Below, piece by piece: positions 14,945-22,900 of a DNA stretch of 32,000 nt. This DNA is from Fibrobacter succinogenes subsp. succinogenes S85. Its GTDB lineage: Bacteria > Fibrobacterota > Fibrobacteria > Fibrobacterales > Fibrobacteraceae. The position numbers were made by a program, and so were the translations under genes. Each line of letters starts with the position of its first letter. Positions within the stretch are counted from its first letter, which is position 1. Under the pieces are notes generated by a model, which saw nothing but the letters and a program-made list of their open reading frames with translations, had not been told where the DNA came from and did no database searches. Location: contig NC_017448.1 of the NCBI RefSeq assembly GCF_000146505.1, positions 3,060,001 to 3,092,000 on the forward strand. Direction: 5' to 3'.

Positions 14945-16534
14945 ATGAGTAACTACTACAATATGCCGAAACTCCCGACCGAAGCAAGCCCGAAGGTGGA
15001 AATCTTCGTGGATGACAAGGCCGTGATGGTTCCTGGCGATACCAACCTCCTCGAAGCCTTGAAGGCTGTCGGGATTGAAACTCCTCACGTATGTTATCAT
15101 CCGTATTTGCCGGTGTCGGGTAACTGCCGTCAGTGCCTGGTAGAGCAGGAAGGCCCGCGTGGTCGTATGCTCGTGATTTCGTGCTATACTCCTGTGACTC
15201 CGGGTATGAAGATTTATACCCCGGCATCCAGCGCCCGTGTGAAGAACGCCCGCAAGGCCACACAGGAATTCATGCTGGTGAATCACCCGCTCGATTGCCC
15301 GATTTGCGACAAGGCCGGTGAATGCACCTTGCAGGAAAACTACATGGAAGCAGGCCAGAACGAAGGCCGCCTCCGTCCGGAATACGGCAAGAATTACCAT
15401 GGCAATCCGGAACATCAGTTCATTGATGCGAAGGGACAGCTCCGTGGCGGTAAGCATGTGGACATCGGTCCGCGCATTTTGCTCGACGAAGAACGTTGCG
15501 TGCAGTGCGACCGTTGCGTACGCTTTATGCGTAGCATCGCGAAGGACGAACAGCTCCAGCTTGCTGGCCGTGCCGACCATACTTACATTACTACCTTCCC
15601 GGGCGAAAAGCTCGACCACGAATACGATCTCTGTGTCACGGATGTATGCCCGACGGGCGCCATGACGGCAAAGTACTTCCGCTTCCAGAAGCGCGTTTGG
15701 CTCCTTGCCCACACGCCGACGATTTCGATGGACGATTCCCTCGGAGCAAACATCTGGCTTGACCACGCCGATGGCCGCATCTATCGCGTGATGCCGCGTT
15801 GCAACCCGGAAGTGAACCGCAGCTGGCTCTCCAATACGAGCCGTCTCGCTTTCCAGCAGTTTGACAAGAACCGCTTGCCGGCAATCGACGCTTCTGCACT
15901 CCAGCTGGTTGGCGGTAAGGTCGCCCTCGTTGCTGGTGGCGCTTGCACGAACGAAGACCTCGCCGCTCTCAAGATGCTCAAGGAAGCTCTCGGTGACCGC
16001 GCTGAACTCTTCGGTGGTTCCCTCCTCAAGGTGAACGCTCCGGACGGTATCGCCAAGAGCGGTGACCCGGTGGCAAACCGCGCAGGCATGCAGCTCATGG
16101 GTTTTGCAGATGTTGCAGAACTCCTCAAGCGCGCAGGCGAATTCAGCAACCTCATCACGGTGAACGCTGACCTCTACGGCGAAGACGCTGCTGCAGCTAA
16201 GGCTCTCGATAAGATTTCGAACCGCATCGCCCTTTCTGCTTTCGATGACGCTACCGCCAAGAAGGCCAAGGTCGCTTTCGGTATCCGCCACTGGAGCGAA
16301 GTCCAGGGTACGATGGTCAACAGCCTCAACATCTTGCAGAAACTCTCTGCTGCTCCGACTTGCCCGGACGAAAAGCTTGCCCCGGCTTACGAAGTGATTT
16401 CCGCTTTGGCTGGCAACAAGTTCAATTCGGCTTGCGAAGCTTTCAAGAAGGCTCGTGAATACGTGCCGGCTTTCGCCGACATTACCTATGATGCCATCAA
16501 GAGCACAGGAAAGCTCCTGGGAGGTAACGCATAA
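14945..16534 (+). CDS. nuoG: NADH-quinone oxidoreductase subunit G, short form (529 aa)
   Basis: [2Fe-2S] region CYHPYLPVSGNCRQCLV, then HPLDCPICDKAGECTLQ, CVQCDRCVRF and CVTDVCPTGA. I chose the ATG at 14945 (MSNYYNMPK...), 4 nt after the nuoF stop, rather than the track start at 14819 inside nuoF. Confidence 0.9.
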   Translation: MSNYYNMPKLPTEASPKVEIFVDDKAVMVPGDTNLLEALKAVGIETPHVCYHPYLPVSGNCRQCLVEQEGPRGRMLVISCYTPVTPGMKIYTPASSARVKNARKATQEFMLVNHPLDCPICDKAGECTLQENYMEAGQNEGRLRPEYGKNYHGNPEHQFIDAKGQLRGGKHVDIGPRILLDEERCVQCDRCVRFMRSIAKDEQLQLAGRADHTYITTFPGEKLDHEYDLCVTDVCPTGAMTAKYFRFQKRVWLLAHTPTISMDDSLGANIWLDHADGRIYRVMPRCNPEVNRSWLSNTSRLAFQQFDKNRLPAIDASALQLVGGKVALVAGGACTNEDLAALKMLKEALGDRAELFGGSLLKVNAPDGIAKSGDPVANRAGMQLMGFADVAELLKRAGEFSNLITVNADLYGEDAAAAKALDKISNRIALSAFDDATAKKAKVAFGIRHWSEVQGTMVNSLNILQKLSAAPTCPDEKLAPAYEVISALAGNKFNSACEAFKKAREYVPAFADITYDAIKSTGKLLGGNA

Positions 16535-17889
16535 TGGATATTATTGAATCCAAAACCTGGATTGAATGGGCAATTACGATTGCGAAGTTCGCTTTCTGCT
16601 TCGTACCTGTCCTTTACATCCTCCTTTTAATCCCGATGGAACGTCGTGGCGCGGGCTTTATGCAAGACCGTCAGGGCCCGAACCGCTCCTACATCAAGAT
16701 CCCGTACTTCGGCAAGATCCGCTTGCTCGGTTACGTGCAGAACATGTGCGACGGTACGAAGCTCTTCTTCAAGGAAATGTTTGCACCGGCTGGCGTGAAC
16801 AAGCTCCTTTACTATGTAGCTCCGGCAATCCCGTTCGCTATCGTGTTCCTTTCTCCGTGCGTGATCCCGTGGTTTGGACCGATGATCTTTGACTGGGGTG
16901 GCGAAACGGTTCGCATTGCAGGTTCCATCATCGATTCCGATGTGGGCGTGCTCTTGCTCTTCGGTTTCTCCTCCATTTCGGCTTACGGTGCGATGCTCGC
17001 TGGTTGGGCTTCCAAGTCCAAGTACAGCTTCTTGGGCGCTCTCCGTACGAGCTCCATGACCATCAGCTACGAAGTCTGCCTCGGACTTTCGCTCATGGGC
17101 ATTTTGCTCCTCGCCGGTTCTTTCAACCTCACGGATATCGTGCAGTGGCAGGAACACCATGTTTGGGGTATCGTTGCCCAGCCGGTCGCTTTCTTCTGCT
17201 TCCTCATTGCAAGCATTGCTGAAACGGGCCGCGCTCCGTTCGACGTTGCCGAAGGTGAACCGGAACTCGTTGCCGGTTACCACACGGAATATGGCGCTAT
17301 GCAGTTCGGTCTCTTCTACATGGGCGAATACTCGCACATCTGCATCAACAGCTTCCTCATTGCGACGCTGTTCCTTGGCGGTTATGCAGTTCCGTTTGTG
17401 ACGACCGAAACGATGCAGGAACACATGGGTGGCTCCCTTGCCATTCTCTGTGGCGTGCTCGCTTTCATCGCTCTCGCTTTCCTCCACATGATTTACCGCT
17501 ATTCCCGCAAGCTCAAGGCAACGAACTTGACACACCGCTTTGAAGTTCTCAAGGAATACAAGCTCTACAAGATTGTGGCCTGGGTTGCAACCGCAGCATT
17601 CATTGCTCTCGGTGTTGCTGCCTGGTTCTTCTACAATCCTGAAAACTTCGTGGTGAACGGACTTGCTGTCGGTAGCTTTGCAACCGCAGTCGGTACGGCA
17701 CTCATCCACTTGCTCGTTCTTGTGGCAAAGAGCCTCATCTTCTGCTGGGTCTGGATTTGGGTCCGCTGGACGCTCCCGCGCTTCCGCTATGACCATGTGA
17801 TGCACCTCGGCTGGAAGATTATTTTGAATATCGCCCTCATCAACCTCGTGGTGACTGCGGTCATTGCAAAACTTTTAGGGGGTAACTAA
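16534..17889 (+). CDS. nuoH: NADH-quinone oxidoreductase subunit H, long form (451 aa)
   Basis: ERRGAGFMQDRQGPN, AETGRAPFDVAEGEPELVAGYHTEY and VRWTLPRFRYD are ND1/NuoH signatures. There is a TAATG stop/start overlap with nuoG. Confidence 0.93.
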   Translation: MDIIESKTWIEWAITIAKFAFCFVPVLYILLLIPMERRGAGFMQDRQGPNRSYIKIPYFGKIRLLGYVQNMCDGTKLFFKEMFAPAGVNKLLYYVAPAIPFAIVFLSPCVIPWFGPMIFDWGGETVRIAGSIIDSDVGVLLLFGFSSISAYGAMLAGWASKSKYSFLGALRTSSMTISYEVCLGLSLMGILLLAGSFNLTDIVQWQEHHVWGIVAQPVAFFCFLIASIAETGRAPFDVAEGEPELVAGYHTEYGAMQFGLFYMGEYSHICINSFLIATLFLGGYAVPFVTTETMQEHMGGSLAILCGVLAFIALAFLHMIYRYSRKLKATNLTHRFEVLKEYKLYKIVAWVATAAFIALGVAAWFFYNPENFVVNGLAVGSFATAVGTALIHLLVLVAKSLIFCWVWIWVRWTLPRFRYDHVMHLGWKIILNIALINLVVTAVIAKLLGGN

Positions 17890-18455
17890 TGCGCGTTATT
17901 AAGCAAAAACCGATGACCGTCATCGAACGCCTTTACATTTTCGAGGCGATTCGCGGTCTGTGGACAACCCTTAAGCATGCGGCTCGTGGCTTGTTCCGCT
18001 ATGAAGAACTTCCGACGATTTCTTATCCGGAAGGTCAGCCCGAAATCCGCAATACCTACCGTGCCAAGCACCGCTTGATGCTTCGCCCGGATGGTACGCC
18101 TCGCTGTGTCGCCTGCGGCATGTGCGCTGCGGCTTGCCCTGCCCACTGCATCTTCATTGAAGCAACGCAGAGCGATGACCCGCGTATCGAAAAGCGCGTG
18201 ATGCGCTTTGACATCGACCACCTGACTTGCGTGTTCTGCGGTCTTTGCGCAGAAGCTTGCCCGGTCGATGCCCTCCGCATGGATACGAAGCAAATCATTT
18301 TCGAACACCGTTCCCGCGAAGACTTTGTGGCTCACCTTTACGATCTCACCAACTGGGATCCGAAGGATTACCCGAATGACGAACAGAGCCAGATGGCTCC
18401 GGGCGGTACAAAGAATGCCGAGGCCCGCAAGGTCTGGGGCATGGAGGTCAAATAA
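17889..18455 (+). CDS. nuoI: NADH-quinone oxidoreductase subunit I
   Basis: Two 4Fe-4S motifs, CVACGMCAAACP and CVFCGLCAEACP. TAATG overlap with the upstream gene. Confidence 0.95.
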   Translation: MRVIKQKPMTVIERLYIFEAIRGLWTTLKHAARGLFRYEELPTISYPEGQPEIRNTYRAKHRLMLRPDGTPRCVACGMCAAACPAHCIFIEATQSDDPRIEKRVMRFDIDHLTCVFCGLCAEACPVDALRMDTKQIIFEHRSREDFVAHLYDLTNWDPKDYPNDEQSQMAPGGTKNAEARKVWGMEVK

Positions 18456-18997
18456 TGCTTGCATTGATTTATTTCATTGTCCTCGCAGTGATCGCAGTCG
18501 GCAGTGCCGTTTGCGTGCTCCTCTCTAGACACCCGCTTTATGGCGCCCTCTCGCTGGTCGCCTCGATGGTGTCTCTTGCCGGTATCTACGGCCTTCTCGG
18601 AAGCCCGTTCCTCGGCGTCGTGCAGATCATGGTCTACGCAGGTGCAATCATGATGCTCCTCACGTTCGTGATCATGGTCTTGAATGGCGCCCGTGACTCC
18701 CACACACCGATGTTTGACAAGGTTTCGCTCTTTGTGATTCCTGCCGTCATCGTGCTTGCCGGTCTCGTGGGCTTTGCCCTTGTCCGCGCTCCGATCGCCT
18801 TTGATGCTGCAACGGTTCGCGGTTCTGTGGCAATCACTTCCAAGACTCTCTTTGATGTAGCTCAGAGCGGCCCTGGTTACTTCGTACTTTTCGAAGTCCT
18901 CGGTGTGCTTCTGCTTTCTGCCATGGGTGCCGCAGTGCTTCTCGCCAAGAAGCGCCTTGGTTCTGTGGAATCCGAAAAAACGGAGGATAAACACTAA
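18455..18997 (+). CDS. nuoJ: NADH-quinone oxidoreductase subunit J
   Basis: 180-aa polytopic protein in the J position, with the VQIMVYAGAIMMLLTFVIM motif. TAATG overlap with the upstream gene. Confidence 0.9.
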   Translation: MLALIYFIVLAVIAVGSAVCVLLSRHPLYGALSLVASMVSLAGIYGLLGSPFLGVVQIMVYAGAIMMLLTFVIMVLNGARDSHTPMFDKVSLFVIPAVIVLAGLVGFALVRAPIAFDAATVRGSVAITSKTLFDVAQSGPGYFVLFEVLGVLLLSAMGAAVLLAKKRLGSVESEKTEDKH

Positions 18998-19311
18998 TGG
19001 AACTCCAAGCTATATATGTTCAGATCTTGGCCCTGGTCATTTTCGCCATCGGCCTCATGGTCGCGGTCTCTCGCCGCAATGTGTTCTTTGTGCTGATGGG
19101 CGTTGAACTTGCCCTGAACGCCGTGAACCTCTCCTTCGTGGGCTTTGCAAAGACTTTGCCCGGGGACGCAAGCATTGTGGGCCAGGTGGTTCCGCTGTTC
19201 TCCATCGCAGTCGCTGCAGCTGAAGCTTGCGTCGGCCTTGCCATGGTCATCCTCATTTTCCGCAACCGTGAAAGCGTTGACGCCGACACGTATTCTAACA
19301 TGAAGGGGTAA
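18997..19311 (+). CDS. nuoK: NADH-quinone oxidoreductase subunit K
   Basis: 104-aa, 3-TM protein with GVELALNAVNL and AAAEACVGLA motifs. TAATG overlap with the upstream gene. Confidence 0.93.
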   Translation: MELQAIYVQILALVIFAIGLMVAVSRRNVFFVLMGVELALNAVNLSFVGFAKTLPGDASIVGQVVPLFSIAVAAAEACVGLAMVILIFRNRESVDADTYSNMKG

Positions 19312-19317
19312 TAAGCA

Positions 19318-20877
19318 ATGATTTCTCTTGGTTTGATACCTCTCTTCCCGCTGTTGGGATGCATTATCCTCGGTGCTATCGCCATCATTTCTTCGGGCAG
19401 CAAGAAGGGCCCTGCTGAAGGTTTCGTTGGAACTCTCGCAGTCCTCTTCCCGGCACTCTCCTTTGCTGGTGTTGCTCTCCTTTCGCTCAACATGCCGGAA
19501 GGCGGCGTCCGTGAAACGCTCTGCAACTGGATTGACATCCCGATGTTCCGCGTGGATATCGGATTCCTGTTCGATGGTCTTTCCCGCATCATGCTCCTGT
19601 TCGTGACAGGCATCGGCTCTCTCATCGCTCTCTACTCGATTGGTTACATGCACGGCGACCGCGGCTTTGCCCGTTACTTCGCCTACATCAACCTCTTCTT
19701 GTTCAGCATGATCGTGCTCGTGCTCTCGGACAACTTGCTCCTCACGTTCCTCGGTTGGGAAGGCGTGGGTCTCTGCTCCTACCTCCTCATCGGTTTCTGG
19801 AACAAGGATATCAAGAACTGCCATGCCGCTAACAAGGCTTTCATCGTGAACCGCGTGGGTGATATCGGCTTCTTGCTCGGTATGCTCTGCCTCGTGACGA
19901 TCGGTGGCTCTGCTATCCTCAACTACGATGTGCTTACGAATTTCATCAGCATGGTCATCAGCGGTAACCACGTTGACCTGGTTATCCCGGTTCTCTCTAT
20001 CGCTGGTATCCTCTTCTTCATCGGTTGCACGGGTAAGTCTGCTCAGATTCCGCTCCTCACCTGGCTTCCGGATGCTATGGCGGGTCCGACTCCGGTTTCT
20101 GCCTTGATCCATGCCGCAACGATGGTGACTTCTGGTGTCTACTTGCTCGCCCGTCTCGGCAGCATGTTTGCCCTCCTCCCGGTGGTGCTTGACATTATCG
20201 TGGTGGTCGGTATGCTCACTGCTTTCTGGGCTGCTGTTGCAGGTCTTTTCCAGAACGACATCAAGAAGGTGCTTGCTTACTCTACCATTAGCCAGCTCGG
20301 TTACATGTTCATGGCTTCTGGTGTTTGCGCCTTTGACGCTTCTATCTTCCACGTGTTTACGCACGCCTTCTTCAAGGCGGCTCTCTTCCTTGGCGCTGGT
20401 GCCGTGATTCACGCTCTCTCGGGCGAACAGGACATGCGCAAGATGGGTGGTCTTTTGAAAAAGACTCCGGTGACCGCCTGCGTGATGATCTTTGCGTTCC
20501 TCGCGATTGTCGGCTTCCCGGGCTTCTCCGGTTTCTGGTCCAAGGACTTGATTCTCGAAAAGATTTTCATGAGTGGCACGATGGGCCAGGCTGTTTACGT
20601 CGTGGGCCTCATTACGGCTGTGATTACCGCTGTCTACATGGGTCGCCTCATTATCCTTACGTTCTTCGGTAGCTACCGCGGTTCTAAGGAAAGTGAAGAA
20701 CACATCCACGAAGCTCCGGCTGTCATGCTCATCCCGATGGTGATTCTCGCCTTCGGTGCCGTGTTTGCCGGTTACCTTTGGGCTGATTCCATCGGCATCA
20801 AGTTCTTTGCCGAAACGCTCGCTCCGGTCGTTGGCGCCGCACAGGCTTACAACACTCCGGCTGTGTTGCTCACGTGA
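19318..20877 (+). CDS. nuoL: NADH-quinone oxidoreductase subunit L, N-terminal 519 aa (antiporter-like core); the ORF ends prematurely
   Basis: FLGWEGVGLCSYLLIGFW, GKSAQIPLLTWLPDAMAGPTPVSALIHAATMV and KKVLAYSTISQLGYM are ND5/NuoL signatures. TGA at 20875-20877 cuts the protein just before the expected TM15. Confidence 0.9.
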   Translation: MISLGLIPLFPLLGCIILGAIAIISSGSKKGPAEGFVGTLAVLFPALSFAGVALLSLNMPEGGVRETLCNWIDIPMFRVDIGFLFDGLSRIMLLFVTGIGSLIALYSIGYMHGDRGFARYFAYINLFLFSMIVLVLSDNLLLTFLGWEGVGLCSYLLIGFWNKDIKNCHAANKAFIVNRVGDIGFLLGMLCLVTIGGSAILNYDVLTNFISMVISGNHVDLVIPVLSIAGILFFIGCTGKSAQIPLLTWLPDAMAGPTPVSALIHAATMVTSGVYLLARLGSMFALLPVVLDIIVVVGMLTAFWAAVAGLFQNDIKKVLAYSTISQLGYMFMASGVCAFDASIFHVFTHAFFKAALFLGAGAVIHALSGEQDMRKMGGLLKKTPVTACVMIFAFLAIVGFPGFSGFWSKDLILEKIFMSGTMGQAVYVVGLITAVITAVYMGRLIILTFFGSYRGSKESEEHIHEAPAVMLIPMVILAFGAVFAGYLWADSIGIKFFAETLAPVVGAAQAYNTPAVLLT

Positions 20878-21260
20878 ACCCGGTGGTCTTTGCCGCTCTC
20901 GGTACGGTGGCTGCCCTCCTCGGTATGTTCATCGCTTACAAGATTTACGCCAATGCCCGTATCCCGGCTGCTAAGGGTAGCTCCGCTCCTGAAGGTGGCA
21001 AGGCTACGTGGACGTTCCTGTTCGATTCCATCCACAAGTACGTGGGCATCATCCCGGTTAACGTGCTTGCATGGATCTGCGATGTCGTTGTCGACAAGAT
21101 TCTCGCGGCTGCTCAGTGGACGATTGGTGCAATCGCAACGATTCTCGGTGACGGCGCCGCCTCGTTCCAGGTGCGCAAGGTTCGCCTCCAGATTGCCCTT
21201 AGCATTCTTGGGCTGGTGGCGTTGTTGGCTATTGTTATTTTGACTGGAGGTACTCTCTAA
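20874..21260 (+). CDS. nuoL: NuoL C-terminal segment (TM15, long lateral amphipathic helix, TM16) as a separate 128-aa ORF
   Basis: GTG at 20874 overlaps the upstream TGA (GTGA) in the -1 frame. The sequence VFAALGTVAALLGMFIAYKIY...ILGLVALLAIVILTGG matches the layout of the NuoL C-terminus. No SD is visible upstream of the GTG. Confidence 0.75.
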   Translation: MNPVVFAALGTVAALLGMFIAYKIYANARIPAAKGSSAPEGGKATWTFLFDSIHKYVGIIPVNVLAWICDVVVDKILAAAQWTIGAIATILGDGAASFQVRKVRLQIALSILGLVALLAIVILTGGTL

Positions 21261-22900
21261 TGCTGTTACATCTCCTTGTCCTCGCCCCGTTCGTTGCCGC
21301 CATCCTCATGGTGATGACGTCCAAGGAAGACTCCAAGTCTTCTTCCCGCCTTGCCATTTTGATGGGCATTGGCTTTACGGCCATGTCTGTCGCCTTGATT
21401 GCAGGCGGTAGCGTTTCGACGGATGCTATTGAATGGTTCCAGATTCCTGGTTGCAAGGGACCTGTCTACTACTACCTCACGAGTCACGGACTTGCCTCCT
21501 GGATGGTGTTCCTCTCCAGCGGTCTTTCTCTCGTGTCCTTGATTTCTGCTCGTGGAATCACTTGCAGAAGCTATCGCAACTTCGCTATCGGCATCTTCTC
21601 CTTGATGGGCGCCATGAACGGCACTTTCCTTGCGGCTGATGCTGTGCTCTTCTTCTTCTTCTTCGAAGCCATGGTGATTCCGGCTGCGGTTCTCATCGCT
21701 GGTTTCGGTGGCAAGGACAGAATGAAGGCTGCGATGACGTTTGCGATTTACACGTTGGTCGGTTCTGCTCCGATGATGGTCGCTCTCTGGTACATCTTGA
21801 CGATTGCCGATAACTCGACGCTCATCTCGCTCGCCGTTGCTGTCCAGGGCCTCCCGGAAGGAACCCAGAACGTGCTTCTCGTGTGTTTCCTCTTGGCTTT
21901 CCTCGTGAAGACTCCGATTTTCCCGTTCCACGGCTGGCAGGCGATCACTTACGCCGAAGCTCCGGCTCCGCTCTCTGCAATCCTCACGGGTGCAATGAGT
22001 AAGGCTGGCGTGTTTGGCTTTATCGTCTGGATCCTCCCGATTTTCCCGCTTTCGATGAACGCTGTCTCTGGCTTGATGTGGCTTGGCCTCTTCACGGCAG
22101 TTTACGGCGCTCTCATGGCTCTCCGCGCAACGGATGGCAAGAAGCTCCTCGCATTCAGCTCCATGGGCCACTTGGGTCTCGCAGTGGCAGGCGTGTTCAG
22201 CCTCTCCGAAGCTATGCTTCCGGCTGTGCTCGTGTTGCTCGTCGCTCACGGAATTTCGGCTGGCGCTCAGTTCTACCTCATGGGTATTGCAGAACGCATG
22301 GCGGGTACGCGCGAACTTGATCAGCTTGGCGGTCTTTCTTCCAAGAATCCGGTGTTCTCGACACTCTTTGGCTTTGCCGGCGTGATGGCTCTCGCTGTTC
22401 CTGGTACGGCAGGCTTTGTCGGTGAATTCTCCGTGCTCCTCGCTCTGTGGGACATGGGCCCGCTTCCGGCTCTCGTGGCAGGATTTACCTTGATCCTCTC
22501 CGCTGCATACATGCTCCGCTTCATCCAGAAGGTTATTTTCGGTAAGCAGGCCCGTGAATACGAAGAAGGCCGTCGCACGATGCCGCTCGAAGGCGTTAGC
22601 ATCGCCGTGATGCTCTTGCTCCTCCTCGTGTTCGGTTTCCACCCGGCATACGTGACGGATACCCTCAACGAAGCTGAAGCGACCGAAGATCCGGCTGCAG
22701 TCCAGGTGCTGAACAATGCCGCTCTCAATAACGGCGAAGCTCCGATGACGGCTGAAGAAATCCACCAGTTGGATTCAACGCTTGCCGCAGCAGGCTTCAA
22801 GGATGACGAACGCGCTTCGATCATCGCTCAGATGAAGGGCGACGCTTCCGCTGATGCAAAATCTGAAAAATCTGTGAAGGAGGCTTCCGATGCTAAGTAA
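21260..22900 (+). CDS. nuoM: NADH-quinone oxidoreductase subunit M with an ~80-aa hydrophilic C-terminal tail
   Basis: 546-aa polytopic antiporter-like protein (FLVKTPIFPFHGWQ..., SAILTGAMSKAG, LLAFSSMGHLG). TAATG overlap with the nuoL C-terminal ORF. Confidence 0.93.
   Translation: MLLHLLVLAPFVAAILMVMTSKEDSKSSSRLAILMGIGFTAMSVALIAGGSVSTDAIEWFQIPGCKGPVYYYLTSHGLASWMVFLSSGLSLVSLISARGITCRSYRNFAIGIFSLMGAMNGTFLAADAVLFFFFFEAMVIPAAVLIAGFGGKDRMKAAMTFAIYTLVGSAPMMVALWYILTIADNSTLISLAVAVQGLPEGTQNVLLVCFLLAFLVKTPIFPFHGWQAITYAEAPAPLSAILTGAMSKAGVFGFIVWILPIFPLSMNAVSGLMWLGLFTAVYGALMALRATDGKKLLAFSSMGHLGLAVAGVFSLSEAMLPAVLVLLVAHGISAGAQFYLMGIAERMAGTRELDQLGGLSSKNPVFSTLFGFAGVMALAVPGTAGFVGEFSVLLALWDMGPLPALVAGFTLILSAAYMLRFIQKVIFGKQAREYEEGRRTMPLEGVSIAVMLLLLLVFGFHPAYVTDTLNEAEATEDPAAVQVLNNAALNNGEAPMTAEEIHQLDSTLAAAGFKDDERASIIAQMKGDASADAKSEKSVKEASDAK

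Noticed and set aside
20875-21243. In-frame readthrough of the nuoL TGA (selenocysteine or suppression), including the frame-1 ORF 20890..21243
   Set aside because: The frame-1 continuation (TRWSLPLSVRWLPSS...) is Arg/Ser-rich and not membrane-like. The NuoL-like sequence is in the -1 frame starting at GTG 20874.
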